Part shown: piece by piece, positions 45,620 through 56,312 of the stretch
How positions within the stretch are numbered: position 1 is the first letter of the stretch
How the letters are laid out: each line of letters begins with the position of its first letter
DNA from: Chthoniobacterales bacterium
GTDB lineage: Bacteria; Verrucomicrobiota; Verrucomicrobiia; Chthoniobacterales; UBA10450
Assembly: GCA_038207045.1 (NCBI GenBank)
Contig: JBBRAF010000009.1
Location: forward strand, 19,392 to 83,391
Length of the DNA stretch: 64,000 nucleotides
Direction: 5' to 3'
Program-made: the position numbers and the translations under genes
The notes under the pieces: model-generated
The model's database searches: none
Told to the model about the DNA's origin: nothing
The model's input: the letters and a program-made list of their open reading frames with translations, nothing else

Positions 45620-48600
45620 TCACGAAATTGTGGAGGCGGCGTGCAATTCCTCGTCCGGCTTTTCTTGAATCTCAGCTTCGAGTAATTCGCCGTTATGGCG
45701 CCCGCGCTCCCTGCGGTGGAATGTTCGATACAGCGCGGGGAGAACCAGCAGAGTGAGCGCGGTGGAAGAGATGATGCCGCCGATAACGACGGTGGCGAGC
45801 GGACGTTGAACCTCGGCGCCCCGGCCATGAGCCAGCGCCATGGGCAAAAAACCGAGCGAGGCGACGAGCGCAGTCATAAGCACCGGACGCAGACGCGTGA
45901 GCGAGCCGAGGCGGATGGCATCTTCGAGCGGGTGCCCCTGGTCGCGCAATCGGGAAATAAATGAGACCATGACGACACCGTTGAGGACAGCGACACCGGA
46001 AAGAGCGATGAAGCCGACGCCGGCAGAAATTGAAAATGGCAGACCGCGCAGCCAGAGCGCGAGAATTCCGCCAGTCAGCGCGAGCGGGACACCGGTGTAA
46101 ACGAGCAGGGAATCTTTGACGTTGCCGAAGGCCGTGAAGAGAAGCGCGAAAATCAAAAGGAGTGCGATGGGTACGACAATTTCCAAACGCCGCGTGGCGG
46201 ACTGGAGTTGTTCGAATTGTCCGCCCCAGCCGAGCCAGTAACCCGGAGGAACTTGCACGGTGTCGCGTACGGCTCGTTGTGCGTCGGTTACGAATGAACT
46301 GAGATCGCGCCCGCGCACATTGCTGGTGACAAGGACGACGCGCTTGCCGTTTTCCCGGCCGATCTCGTTCGGCACCTGCGTCATTTGAAAATCAGCGACT
46401 TCGCCGAGAGGAATAAATGGCGCCTGGGCCGCGAGAAGATTGAGCGCCTTTTCGTTGGGACCGCTTTTCGGCAGCGCGAGGGGGATGCGCCGGAGCGCCT
46501 CCAGATCGGTTCGCAGTTCTTCCGGCAGGCGCACAACGAGCGGAAAGCGCCGATCACCTTCGAAGACCTGGCCCGCAATCTTGCCGCCGACCGCCATTTC
46601 CACCACGTCCTGTACGTCGCCCACGCTGAGTCCGAAGCGAGCAAGCGCCTCGCGTTTTAACTGAATGGTGAGCATCGGCAGGCCATCGACCTGCTGCACT
46701 TTGGGCTCGACCGCGCCACGAATGCGGGCGAGGACGGCTCTGATTCTCTCCGCCGTTTCTTTGAGGACATCGATGTCGTCGCCAAAAACTTTTACCGCCA
46801 TGTCGCTTTTCACGCCCGAAATAAGCTCGTTCGCGCGCAGCTGGATCGGCTGCTCGATTTCGGCACCGGTACCGACGACTCCTTTCACCGCCGCGTCCAC
46901 TTCTCCGAGCAATTGCGCTTTCGGCTTTTTCGGATTGGGCCACTCACTCTGGGGTTTGAGAATAACGAATTCATCGCCCTGGTTCGGCGACATGGGATCG
47001 GTCGCAACCTCTGCCGTGCCCAGGCGCCCGAAGGCCAGTTTTACCTCGGGTATTCCGATCAAAGCTTCCTCAAAGGGTTTCTGCATCTTGACCGCCTCAT
47101 CCATTCCGGTTCCGACGACGCGATAGATTTCGAGCGCGAGGTCGCCCTCATCGAGGGTCGGGATGAATTCGCCACCGAGGCGCCTGGAAATTCCGAAGCT
47201 GAGGGCGAGCACGATCACCGCACCGATCAGGACAAGGCCGCGTCTTCGTAGCGAGCGGTCGAGCAGTGGGGCATACCGCCGTTTAGCCGCACGGATGATG
47301 ATGCTCTCTTTTTCAGCGAGCCGGTTCGTAAGCCAGATCGAAATCGCGGCTGGGACGAAGGTGAGGGAAAGAATCATCGCGCCGAGAAGGGCGAACAGAA
47401 CCGTCGCTGCCATTGGCACGAACATTTTTCCCTCCACGCCCTGCAGCGTGAGGATCGGGAGATAGACCACCATGATGATGATGGCGCCGAAAATACTCGG
47501 CGTGATGACTTCCCGTGTGGCCTCACGCACCGTGCGCAGGCGTTCATCTTGTCGCAGCAGACGCCCAAGTCTCTCCTGTTCGTTGGTCAGGCGACGAATG
47601 CAGTTTTCCACAATGATGACGGCGCCATCCACGATCAGCCCGAAATCGAGCGCGCCCAAGCTCATCAGGCTGGCGCTGACCTTGTTCGTCACCATGCCGG
47701 TGAGGGTGAAGAGCATGGAAAGCGGAATGACGAGGGTGGTGATGAGAGCGGCGCGCCAATTCCCGAGAAGGACAAAGAGAATGGCGGCGACAAGAAGCGC
47801 GCCTTCGAGCAGGTTCTTCTTCACCGTGTCGATGGTCGCATCGACGAGCGAGGAGCGGTTATAGAGGACGCGGGCGGTTACACCGGGCGGGAGCGACTGG
47901 TTGATCTCCTTCATCGCGGCATCGACGCGGTCCGCCACCGCGCGCGAGTTTTCGCCCATCAACATCAGGGCCGTGCCGACAACAGTTTCCCGGCCGTTGA
48001 GCGTGGCTGCTCCCGTGCGCAATTCCTTGCCGAGAGCGACATCGGCGACATCGCGGATGCGGACCGGCACTCCTTCGCCGCCGCCGACCACGATCCCCTC
48101 GATGTCCTCGATGCTTCCGACCTGCCCGGGCACGCGAATCAAATATTGCTCGCCGTTTTTCTCGATGTAACCGGCGCTGACGTTGGCATTGTTGCGCTGC
48201 AACGCGTCCATGACATCGCGGAAGCTCAAACCGTAGCTGACCAACCGCTCCGGTCGCGGGGTGACATCGTACTGTTTTTCATAGCCGCCGATCGAATTGA
48301 TCTCGATCACGCCGGGCACGTTCCGTAGTTGCGGTTTTATGATCCATTCCTGGATCGTGCGCAGATCGGTGCTGGTGTAGGGCTGCCCTTGTTCATTCTT
48401 CGCTCCCGGCTGCGCTTCGACCGACCACATGTAAATCTCGCCCAGGGCCGTGCTGATCGGTCCCATCTCGATCGTCGCGCCTGGCGGCAATTCACCTTTG
48501 ACCTGCGCGATGCGTTCGCTGATGAGCTGGCGGGCGAAGTAAATGTCGGTGCCGTCTTTGAAAATGACGGTCACTTGGGAGAGGCCGTAGCGGGAGAGCG

Positions 48601-48850
48601 AACGCGTGAAATCCAGATGCGGAAGTCCTGCCATGGCGGTCTCTACCGGAAACGTGATCCGTTGCTCCGTTTCCAGCGGCGAGAAACCGGGCGCCGCGGT
48701 GTTGATCTGCACCTGCACATTCGTGACGTCCGGGACGGCGTCGATGGTAAGGCGGCCGTAATTCCAGAGCCCAAGGACGGCGACGGCCAGCACCGCGATG
48801 AGCACCGGCCAGCGGCGACGGATGGAAAAATCGATCAGGAGCTCGATCAT
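45620..48850 (-). CDS. heavy-metal efflux RND transporter, CzcA/CusA family
   Basis: 1076 aa. MIELLIDFSIRRRWPVLIAVLAV...PDVTNVQVQI... is a typical HME-RND N-terminus, with a 12-TM architecture. Confidence 0.9.
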   Translation of the reverse strand: MIELLIDFSIRRRWPVLIAVLAVAVLGLWNYGRLTIDAVPDVTNVQVQINTAAPGFSPLETEQRITFPVETAMAGLPHLDFTRSLSRYGLSQVTVIFKDGTDIYFARQLISERIAQVKGELPPGATIEMGPISTALGEIYMWSVEAQPGAKNEQGQPYTSTDLRTIQEWIIKPQLRNVPGVIEINSIGGYEKQYDVTPRPERLVSYGLSFRDVMDALQRNNANVSAGYIEKNGEQYLIRVPGQVGSIEDIEGIVVGGGEGVPVRIRDVADVALGKELRTGAATLNGRETVVGTALMLMGENSRAVADRVDAAMKEINQSLPPGVTARVLYNRSSLVDATIDTVKKNLLEGALLVAAILFVLLGNWRAALITTLVIPLSMLFTLTGMVTNKVSASLMSLGALDFGLIVDGAVIIVENCIRRLTNEQERLGRLLRQDERLRTVREATREVITPSIFGAIIIMVVYLPILTLQGVEGKMFVPMAATVLFALLGAMILSLTFVPAAISIWLTNRLAEKESIIIRAAKRRYAPLLDRSLRRRGLVLIGAVIVLALSFGISRRLGGEFIPTLDEGDLALEIYRVVGTGMDEAVKMQKPFEEALIGIPEVKLAFGRLGTAEVATDPMSPNQGDEFVILKPQSEWPNPKKPKAQLLGEVDAAVKGVVGTGAEIEQPIQLRANELISGVKSDMAVKVFGDDIDVLKETAERIRAVLARIRGAVEPKVQQVDGLPMLTIQLKREALARFGLSVGDVQDVVEMAVGGKIAGQVFEGDRRFPLVVRLPEELRTDLEALRRIPLALPKSGPNEKALNLLAAQAPFIPLGEVADFQMTQVPNEIGRENGKRVVLVTSNVRGRDLSSFVTDAQRAVRDTVQVPPGYWLGWGGQFEQLQSATRRLEIVVPIALLLIFALLFTAFGNVKDSLLVYTGVPLALTGGILALWLRGLPFSISAGVGFIALSGVAVLNGVVMVSFISRLRDQGHPLEDAIRLGSLTRLRPVLMTALVASLGFLPMALAHGRGAEVQRPLATVVIGGIISSTALTLLVLPALYRTFHRRERGRHNGELLEAEIQEKPDEELHAASTIS

Positions 48851-49770
48851 TCTTCTTCCCCCGGCTTTGGCCTCGCCAGTTCCGACTTCAGAAGAAAACT
48901 GTTTTCCGCGGCATACTTTTCTCCAGCGGCGACTCCAGACTTGACCTCGACGGATTGATCGTCGCGTTCGCCCGCTGCGATTTCGCGAGCCTCGAAGCCT
49001 TTGCCGGTGGCGACAAAAACAACCGGCTTATCTTCGAGTGTCTGGAGCGCGTTTGCTTTCACCGCCACTTTCACCGGCATTTCCGCCATCACGACCTGCC
49101 CATCGATAAACAAGCCTGGTCGCAATTTCCCATCGGCGTTGGCAACGACTACGCGAGCGAGCGTCGTCTGGGTATTCTCCGCCCCGAAGGGCGAGAGGTA
49201 AGCGATGCTGCTCTCAATCTTATCCGCATTCTCGGCCGGCTGAATCAGAATGGTCTGGCCAATTCGCAAATTTTCCGAGTCGCGGCGGTAGACGGGAAAG
49301 TCGACCCAAACCGATCTGAGATCGGCGACAACGAAAATCGTCTTGCTGGTGTCGACGAACTCTCCGAGTGCGATCTCTTTTTTTAGGACCGTGCCCGCGA
49401 TCTCCGATTTCACTTCATACGACTGCAGGCTTTCGTTGCTCTCAATCACCGCCAGCGTCTCCCCCATTTTCACCTCGTCACCCAATCGCTTCGCGATCGA
49501 TTTGACCACGCCGGGAAAGCGCGGACTGACACGCGCCATCCGCTCCTCGTTAGCTCCGATCTTGCCGGAGAGCTTGAGCGTCTTTTTGAGAACGGCTGGA
49601 CCGACTGTTTCAACGCTAATGCCGGATTTCTGGCGGGCTTCCTCGGTCAGCTCGATAACGTTTTTTTTCTCCGGTTTAGTTTCGGCGTGCTCTTCCTCCT
49701 CGCGCTCTGAGCGTGAGCAGGCAGCGAAAAGCGATGCCGCGATGGCGACTGCCAGGAGAAACCTGTTCAT
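48847..49770 (-). CDS. RND efflux periplasmic adaptor (CzcB/MFP family)
   Basis: 307 aa lipoprotein-like (LFAACS) with a beta-barrel/lipoyl pattern. It overlaps the flanking genes by 4 bp on both sides. Confidence 0.8.
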   Translation of the reverse strand: MNRFLLAVAIAASLFAACSRSEREEEEHAETKPEKKNVIELTEEARQKSGISVETVGPAVLKKTLKLSGKIGANEERMARVSPRFPGVVKSIAKRLGDEVKMGETLAVIESNESLQSYEVKSEIAGTVLKKEIALGEFVDTSKTIFVVADLRSVWVDFPVYRRDSENLRIGQTILIQPAENADKIESSIAYLSPFGAENTQTTLARVVVANADGKLRPGLFIDGQVVMAEMPVKVAVKANALQTLEDKPVVFVATGKGFEAREIAAGERDDQSVEVKSGVAAGEKYAAENSFLLKSELARPKPGEEE

Positions 49771-51041
49771 TTCGAAAAATCGGATGTTGTTACGAACGGC
49801 CGGTTTGTCAGCGCTTCAATATCGGCAACGCCTTTGTGATAATCACTGAGCGCCTGCAAATATTGCAGACGCGCCGCGGTCAAAGTTCGCCTCGCTTCGT
49901 TGATGTCCAGGTAACTGAAACGGCCGGCCTGAAAGCCTTCCTGCAGCTCTGTCACGGCTTTTTGCGCGCCGGGCAAGACGGACTCCTTTAAAATTCGCAC
50001 CTCGTTGGCGGCGCGCGCGACAGTCTGATAGGCGTCGTTTAACTCAGTGGAGACGCGCGCCACGGCCGTGCGTTTCTCGTCCTCGACTTTGGCGAGTTGA
50101 TTTTGCGCTTCCAGAATCGCTCCCTGATTACGATTCCACAACGGCAGCGGCAGAGTAAACCCGACGACCTGCGTCCATTCACCGGTTTCGGCAATGTAAC
50201 GCGGACCTGCTGACAGCGTCAGATTCGGCGTCGCCTCAGCCCGCTGCAGGCGCAGTGTGGCCTCTCGCTTTTCTCTCTCCGGTTGCCAGCGCGCGACGTC
50301 GGGATTCTGCAAGAGATTCGAAGAAAGCGTTTCCAAATTTGGTAACGACCGGATCGACTCCAAATCGCCAACGGCGCGAGCGAAATCGGGTTTGGTATTA
50401 CCCCATTGCGCCGCCAGACGTTGTCGTGCGGCAAGCAGTGTTCTTTTCACTTGATCGAGCTCGATCCGCGATGACGCGACGGCCACATCGATGCGCGTCT
50501 GTTCTACAGCCGAGCCTTTGCCGGCTTCGATGCGCTTGCGGATATCGGGGAGCAAACCCGAGGCAAGATCGACGTTTTCCTGGGCCAGCCGCACCCGCTC
50601 TTGTCCACTCAGCACTTCCACAAAGGCCTGCACAGTTCTTTTTAGAACGTCCAGGCGCTTGCTCTGATAATCCAGCTTCGTCAACTCCCGTGCCAACGTG
50701 GCTTCGCGCACACGTGCCCGGCGTTTCCCGCCCAACTCGATAAGCTGGCTGAGCTGCAGCGTCGTCTGCGACCGGCTGAGTCCGCTCGATTGCCTGGTGC
50801 CGGCGATGTCTTCGCCTTGGGTGTTGAGTTCCGGGTTCGGCCACAAACCCGCCTGCACGAGACGGGCCTCGGCGCTGCGTGCGTCCCACGAGAACGCGGC
50901 CAACTCTGGATTCTTTTTCAATGTGAGTGCGAGGGCCTGGGCGAGCGTCAAATTTCCTACTACATCCGCGGCCGAGAGCGAATGCGAGTAGGCAGCGAAT
51001 GCACTGAGTGCGATCAGCCGAATGGTAACGCAGATGCGCAT
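49767..51041 (-). CDS. outer membrane efflux protein (CzcC/TolC family)
   Basis: 424 aa with a signal peptide. LTLAQALALTLKKNPELAA is followed by two OEP repeats. Confidence 0.85.
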   Translation of the reverse strand: MRICVTIRLIALSAFAAYSHSLSAADVVGNLTLAQALALTLKKNPELAAFSWDARSAEARLVQAGLWPNPELNTQGEDIAGTRQSSGLSRSQTTLQLSQLIELGGKRRARVREATLARELTKLDYQSKRLDVLKRTVQAFVEVLSGQERVRLAQENVDLASGLLPDIRKRIEAGKGSAVEQTRIDVAVASSRIELDQVKRTLLAARQRLAAQWGNTKPDFARAVGDLESIRSLPNLETLSSNLLQNPDVARWQPEREKREATLRLQRAEATPNLTLSAGPRYIAETGEWTQVVGFTLPLPLWNRNQGAILEAQNQLAKVEDEKRTAVARVSTELNDAYQTVARAANEVRILKESVLPGAQKAVTELQEGFQAGRFSYLDINEARRTLTAARLQYLQALSDYHKGVADIEALTNRPFVTTSDFSK

Positions 51042-51381
51042 GCTAGAGAGTCAGCAAGAAACGTTCAAACTAGACCAGACGAACGCAAATGGCACGGCAA
51101 AGCAAAAACACCGGACAGGCCGCTTAGGACCACGACGACTCACTTTCCCTTTGGTTCTTCCGGGCGTCCACGCAGCAAAAATACGGCAGATGCCGCCCGC
51201 TTTCATCGATGGCAATCAGGAGTCGATTGCGGGCTATAACAAGCGAGTGTTGAGGGAAATTGTTTGGAGAGCGGCCGGTTGAGTTCATCCGCCCCCACGC
51301 CGGCGAGTCGCGGTGAGCAGCTTCGTTATCTTTCGTCGTGGAAATGGCGAATGGAACTTGTGGGGCGAGGCGAAAGAAGCA

Positions 51382-52908
51382 TCATTGTTTAATCCAAGCT
51401 ACTTGCAGCCCAATTAGCTTGACGGGCTTATATCCGTTACTCTGAGCATAAGCGACCAGTGGGTGTTCAAGGGTTTGATCTTCGAATCCGGTCAGAACCG
51501 CGCGCGGTGGCGCGTGTGACAGATAAGGAATAAGGTCGTCGGCATCTACTATCAGGGCACGGTCCTTATCTTCCTCTGCAACGAAGGGTGCCGTCCGCCA
51601 GGCAAAGGGTCCCGTGGCGAATTCCTTGTAAATGGCAGCTCCGCCTTCGAGCGGATAGATGGGACAAAGGGTTAGCACTGGACCTTCTCCGGTGATGTCG
51701 GTGATGGCAACTCCCTGATGGTGGACGGCGAATGCAGGCCAATGTCGAGCCGACGCCAGGTAATGATCGCTGCGCATATCGGGGATAGATTCGAATACTC
51801 CTACGGCGAACGTCGCAGCGAGCGCTGCGAATAACAATGGCCTGGAGCTCTCCATAGTCCAAGTATGGGCCAGTTGCGCAGCAACCCCCCAAAAAAGAAA
51901 AGGAACCAGACTATAGTAGTATTGCCGGTAGGATGGCGTGGGCATCCACGCTCCCAAGAAAAGGAAAGGTAACAATAACAGGATAGCTTTGGACTCGGCG
52001 CACAGAGCCTTTGCAGATCGCGTGCGGAAGAGTGGCCATACATTATAAAGAGCGAAGGCAAAGCAGAGCAGGCCGTTCGATGGCACGGTGAAGGCCTGTT
52101 TGAAAGCAAAGAGTTCCTTACTCTTCAAGGTGATCTTCGACGGGATCAAACTTTGCCGATACGCGAGGTTCACCGGCCCGTTATATACGAAAGTATCAAA
52201 AAGAAATCGCCGAGGACCAGTTGCCATCAAGATCAGCGCTGGGAGGCAGGCAACCGCGAACCCTGCTAGAAAAAGAAGGATGCAGCGAAATCCTCCTCGC
52301 CACCCGGCGATTATAACGAAGGGAAGCGCGAGAGGCAGGAAACTCAACCTGGTACCGACTGCCAGACCCAACAAGCCACCGGCAAGCCAGGTGCAAAAGC
52401 CAGATCGCTTCGTTTTCTCCCGCTGTAACAGCAAAGCCAGCGCTGCGACGCTTACGAGAATGGGAAGATCGTGGTTCCAAGCCAGGCCAGCGGTATACCG
52501 GAACAACGGATTGACTGCGAGAACAAGAACGAACCCGCACGCAACAACCCATCGCGAATCACCGAGAATGCGAAAACGCCTGGAAAATAAAGCGAAGAAG
52601 AGCAGCAACAATAACCATGCGCATACGACGTTAAAGCTTCTCGCTGTAAGAAGAAGGAATCCATTGGTGAGGAAGAGACCAGCGAAAATGAAGACGAGGT
52701 TAGGAAGATGGAAATACGGGTAATCGACATAAGGAAGAAGGTGATAACGCGCGAGGAGCGCACCGGACGCGACGAACTGCTGTTCGTCGTGATCCAATGG
52801 CCGCGTCCAGCTCGCGATGGCGAGTGCAGGCAAGATCAGGAGGAGGAGGATAGCGGGAACGAACTCACAAGAGCTGTATTTCCTCGGCAGTTTCACTGGT
52901 AAGAGCAA
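51382..52908 (-). CDS. polytopic membrane protein, GT-C-like glycosyltransferase candidate
   Basis: 508 aa with about 11 TM helices. An early loop reads RPLDHDEQQFVASGALLA, and there is a soluble C-terminal domain. Confidence 0.45.
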   Translation of the reverse strand: MLLPVKLPRKYSSCEFVPAILLLLILPALAIASWTRPLDHDEQQFVASGALLARYHLLPYVDYPYFHLPNLVFIFAGLFLTNGFLLLTARSFNVVCAWLLLLLFFALFSRRFRILGDSRWVVACGFVLVLAVNPLFRYTAGLAWNHDLPILVSVAALALLLQREKTKRSGFCTWLAGGLLGLAVGTRLSFLPLALPFVIIAGWRGGFRCILLFLAGFAVACLPALILMATGPRRFLFDTFVYNGPVNLAYRQSLIPSKITLKSKELFAFKQAFTVPSNGLLCFAFALYNVWPLFRTRSAKALCAESKAILLLLPFLFLGAWMPTPSYRQYYYSLVPFLFWGVAAQLAHTWTMESSRPLLFAALAATFAVGVFESIPDMRSDHYLASARHWPAFAVHHQGVAITDITGEGPVLTLCPIYPLEGGAAIYKEFATGPFAWRTAPFVAEEDKDRALIVDADDLIPYLSHAPPRAVLTGFEDQTLEHPLVAYAQSNGYKPVKLIGLQVAWIKQ

Positions 52909-53123
52909 CCGCTTCCCCGCGCCCGAACAGGAGCGAATATCAATGATTCTGCTTCTTCGAGCAATATTGACTTGGAAAGCGAGAAGGAATCCGGCATTGC
53001 CGATTCCCGTAAACCGCCCGGGACGGAGCCCGCATCCGGACGGGGTTATTGCGCGTAATGAGTATTTGCATTGACGGCTGGTTCCGTGCCTGCCAGCATC
53101 GAGCCGAATTTCACTTTCATATA

Positions 53124-53324
53124 ATGATACGCCCCTCCATTAAGACAGAGATCTTCGTTTGTGATCAATGTGGGAGCAGAAAACGATTGCGCACGGCGGC
53201 GCGACATTGGTGCGACGTCTGCAATCAAGGGAGCCCGGTCGAGATGCGCCCCACGCGAATCAAGCTGGGGGCGCCACGGATGGAAGCGGAACCAATCAAA
53301 GAAACGACGCAGGATCGGTATTAG
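53124..53324 (+). CDS. possible small zinc-ribbon protein
   Basis: 66 aa with CDQCG-(14 aa)-CDVCN. There is no clear RBS, and the ORF lies in an otherwise unassigned 590-bp gap. Confidence 0.3.
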   Translation: MIRPSIKTEIFVCDQCGSRKRLRTAARHWCDVCNQGSPVEMRPTRIKLGAPRMEAEPIKETTQDRY

Positions 53325-53498
53325 CAACGCCCTCGTGAGCGCGGCAAAGCGGAGCTGAGGCAGCGGCGTTGCGAAGGTTTTCCGCGTCGCTCCGCGGGGA
53401 TCATCCATCGGCTTCGCTCGGAAGGACAGAAGCAGGCGAGGCGCGCCTGCATTGATTTGCGAGAATGCGGATGCTAGGTAGCCCCGCCTTTTTTCGCG

Positions 53499-56255
53499 AT
53501 GAATTACAAAGACACCCTCAATCTGCCGCGGACGGATTTTCCGATGAAGGCGAATCTGGCCCAGCGCGAGCCGGAGATGTTGCGCATGTGGCAGGAAACG
53601 CGCGTCTACGAGCAAATCCAGAAAGCGCGCGCAGAAGCCGAGCTCTTCGTGCTGCACGACGGACCACCTTTTGCCAATGGCGACGTGCACATGGGCACGG
53701 CACTGAACAAGATCCTTAAGGACATGGTGGTGAAATCGCAGACCATGCTTGGCAAACGCGCGCCTTACGTGCCGGGTTGGGACTGCCACGGTCTGCCCAT
53801 TGAATACAAAGTAGTGAAGGAATCAGGCTCGCTTGCGCCGGTGGAAGTGCGCAAACTTTGCGAAGCTTTTGCGCGCAAGTTCATCGGTATCCAACGCGAG
53901 CAATTCAAGCGGCTCGGCGTTTTTGGCGATTGGGAGAATCCTTATCTCACGATGGATCCGGTATACGAAGCCGAGATCCTGCGCGCGTTCGCGGTTTTTG
54001 TGGAGCGCGGTCTCGTTTATCAATCGAAGAAGCCGGTCTTCTGGAGCACGGGTGCACAGACGGCACTGGCGGAAGCGGAGGTCGAATACCAGGAGCGCAA
54101 CGACACCGCCGTGTTTGTGAAGTTCCCGATGGCGACGGGACAGCTCGCAGGCAAAGCGAGTATCGCCATCTGGACGACGACGCCGTGGACCTTACCGGCA
54201 AACCTGCTCATCGCAGTCCATCCGAAGGAGATTTACGTCGTGCAGGAATTCCGCCGCGAAGATGTTTCCGAAACGTTGATCCTGGCCGACAAACTTGTGG
54301 ACTCGTTCTGCGTCGCGAATGGCTTCGCGCCGACGGGCCAGCCGATGGAATCGTTTCCTGGCGCCAAGCTCGAAGGTTTCGGCGCGCAACATCCGTTTTT
54401 GAATCGCACCGCCATGATCCTGGCGGCGGATTTCGTCACCATGGACAGCGGGACGGGCGCAGTGCACATCGCTCCCGGCCACGGCGAAGATGACTACGCA
54501 TTAGGATCGAAGAACGGTTTTCCGATTCTGTCCCCGGTGGACGATCATGGTCGCTTCACCGAGGACGTGGGAATTCCCGAGCTCGTCGGCAAATATGTTT
54601 TCGATGCCAACGCCGACATCGTTCGAATCCTACGCGAGCGCGGCATGCTCCTGGCCGAGCAAAATTTTCACCACAGCTATCCGTACTGCTGGCGCTCGAA
54701 AACGCCGATCATCTTTCGCGCGGTCGAGCAGTTTTTCATTCGCATCGATCAGTTGCGCGGTCCGGCCCTCGAGGCCATCACGAAAGTGCATTGGATTCCA
54801 GCGTGGGGCGAGAATCGCATCGCCGGCACCGTTGCGTCGCGTCCAGACTGGGTGATCTCGCGCCAGCGCAGTTGGGGAGTGCCGCTGCCGGTCTTTTATT
54901 CGACGGCGGGCGAGCCAATACTAAATGCAGACTGGATTCGCCGACTGGCTGGTCTTGTCGCCGAACGCGGCTCGAACGTCTGGTTCGAGTTGAGCGACGC
55001 TGAGCTGGCGCGCGAATTAAATTTGCCGGAAGGAACAACCAGGCGCAACGACACCATCGACGTTTGGATCGACAGCGGTGTATCGCATCGCGCCGTTTGC
55101 GCGACGCATCCTGGGCTGCGCGATCCTGCCGACATGTATCTCGAAGCGACCGATCAGCATCGCGGCTGGTTCCAATCTTCGCTCATGACGAGTGTGGCGC
55201 TGAACAATCGCGCGCCCTACAAGAGCTGTGTCACGCACGGCTTCGTCGTCGATGTTGACGGCAAGAAAATTTCTAAATCGAGCACCTACAGCAAGCCGAT
55301 GGACGCGGCTCATTTCGTGAACAAACATGGCGCCGATCTGGTGCGGCTCTGGGTCAGCAGTATCGATTACACGGACGACGTCCCCTTCTCGGAAGAAATG
55401 TTCACGCGCCTGGGCGACACATACCGGCGCATTCGTAACACGCTGCGCATTCTGCATGGGAACCTGTTTGATTTTGAATCAGGAAAACAGGAAAGCAGGA
55501 AAGGATCGACGCTGATCGACCGCTGGATCGTCGGACGGCTCGGAGAAGTGATCAATGAATGCCGAGTCGCGTACGAAAACTTCGAATTTCACAAGGTCCA
55601 CCACAGCATTAATCAGTTTTGCGCGGTCGATTTGAGCAGCCTTTACGTCGACATCAGCAAAGACCGCATGTATTGCGACGCGCACGAATCACCGCGGCGA
55701 CGTGCGACGCAGAACGCGATGGCGAAGATTCTCGACGCGCTTTGCCGCCTTCTCGCGCCCATTCTCGCCTACACCTCGGAAGAAGCGTGGGGTTATCTCG
55801 GGCGCGGCGGTTCCATTCACTTGCAGCTCTTTCCGAATGGTAGGGCGGGCGCCTCGCCTGCCCCGGCAACCGCAACGGTCGCCCTCCAAATGGCCGAGCT
55901 GCTAAAACTGCGCGCGGTCATCGGCCAGGCGCTGGAAAAAGCGCGGCAGGACAAATTGATCGGAAATTCGCTTGAAGCACGTGTGAGGTTGAAATGTGAT
56001 CGCGCTGCTTTCGGCGAACTGTCGAAAGAAGAACTCGAAGAATTCTTCATCCTGAGCGATCTCACGATTGAGCAGGCGAGCGAAAACTCAGCGCAGGTCG
56101 AGAAGACACCGTTCGCCAAATGCGCGCGTTGCTGGCGTCATCGCGAATCGGTCGGAAAAAGCAACACGCATCCGGATTTGTGCGATCGCTGCGAAAATGT
56201 GATCACTTCGCCGTCATTCCGAGCGCAGTCGAGGAATCCCGATGCGAAAGCCTAA
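53499..56255 (+). CDS. ileS: isoleucine--tRNA ligase
   Basis: 918 aa. It has a HIGH-type motif (PFANGDVHMGTALNK), KMSKS (KISKSS), and a C-terminal Zn finger CARCWRH...CDRC. The last ~14 codons run into a REP-like palindrome. Confidence 0.95.
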   Translation: MNYKDTLNLPRTDFPMKANLAQREPEMLRMWQETRVYEQIQKARAEAELFVLHDGPPFANGDVHMGTALNKILKDMVVKSQTMLGKRAPYVPGWDCHGLPIEYKVVKESGSLAPVEVRKLCEAFARKFIGIQREQFKRLGVFGDWENPYLTMDPVYEAEILRAFAVFVERGLVYQSKKPVFWSTGAQTALAEAEVEYQERNDTAVFVKFPMATGQLAGKASIAIWTTTPWTLPANLLIAVHPKEIYVVQEFRREDVSETLILADKLVDSFCVANGFAPTGQPMESFPGAKLEGFGAQHPFLNRTAMILAADFVTMDSGTGAVHIAPGHGEDDYALGSKNGFPILSPVDDHGRFTEDVGIPELVGKYVFDANADIVRILRERGMLLAEQNFHHSYPYCWRSKTPIIFRAVEQFFIRIDQLRGPALEAITKVHWIPAWGENRIAGTVASRPDWVISRQRSWGVPLPVFYSTAGEPILNADWIRRLAGLVAERGSNVWFELSDAELARELNLPEGTTRRNDTIDVWIDSGVSHRAVCATHPGLRDPADMYLEATDQHRGWFQSSLMTSVALNNRAPYKSCVTHGFVVDVDGKKISKSSTYSKPMDAAHFVNKHGADLVRLWVSSIDYTDDVPFSEEMFTRLGDTYRRIRNTLRILHGNLFDFESGKQESRKGSTLIDRWIVGRLGEVINECRVAYENFEFHKVHHSINQFCAVDLSSLYVDISKDRMYCDAHESPRRRATQNAMAKILDALCRLLAPILAYTSEEAWGYLGRGGSIHLQLFPNGRAGASPAPATATVALQMAELLKLRAVIGQALEKARQDKLIGNSLEARVRLKCDRAAFGELSKEELEEFFILSDLTIEQASENSAQVEKTPFAKCARCWRHRESVGKSNTHPDLCDRCENVITSPSFRAQSRNPDAKA

Positions 56256-56308
56256 AGGTCACTTTCACGGGATTTCTCGACTTCGCTTCGCTTCGCTCGG
56301 AATGACGG
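56211..56308. repeat. REP-like palindromic element, copy 1
   Basis: The arms CCGTCATTCCGAGCG (56211-56225) and CGCTCGGAATGACGG (56294-56308) are complementary. An inner pair is GAGGAATCCC / GGGATTTCTC, and there is a CTTCG x3 tract. It is the same family as 58187-58283. Confidence 0.8.
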
Positions 56309-56312
56309 CAAT

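Noticed and set aside
53046-53789. 247-aa minus-strand ORF
   Set aside because: It overlaps the ileS 5' end antisense and has no recognisable motif. The Arg/His-rich sequence looks like a shadow frame.
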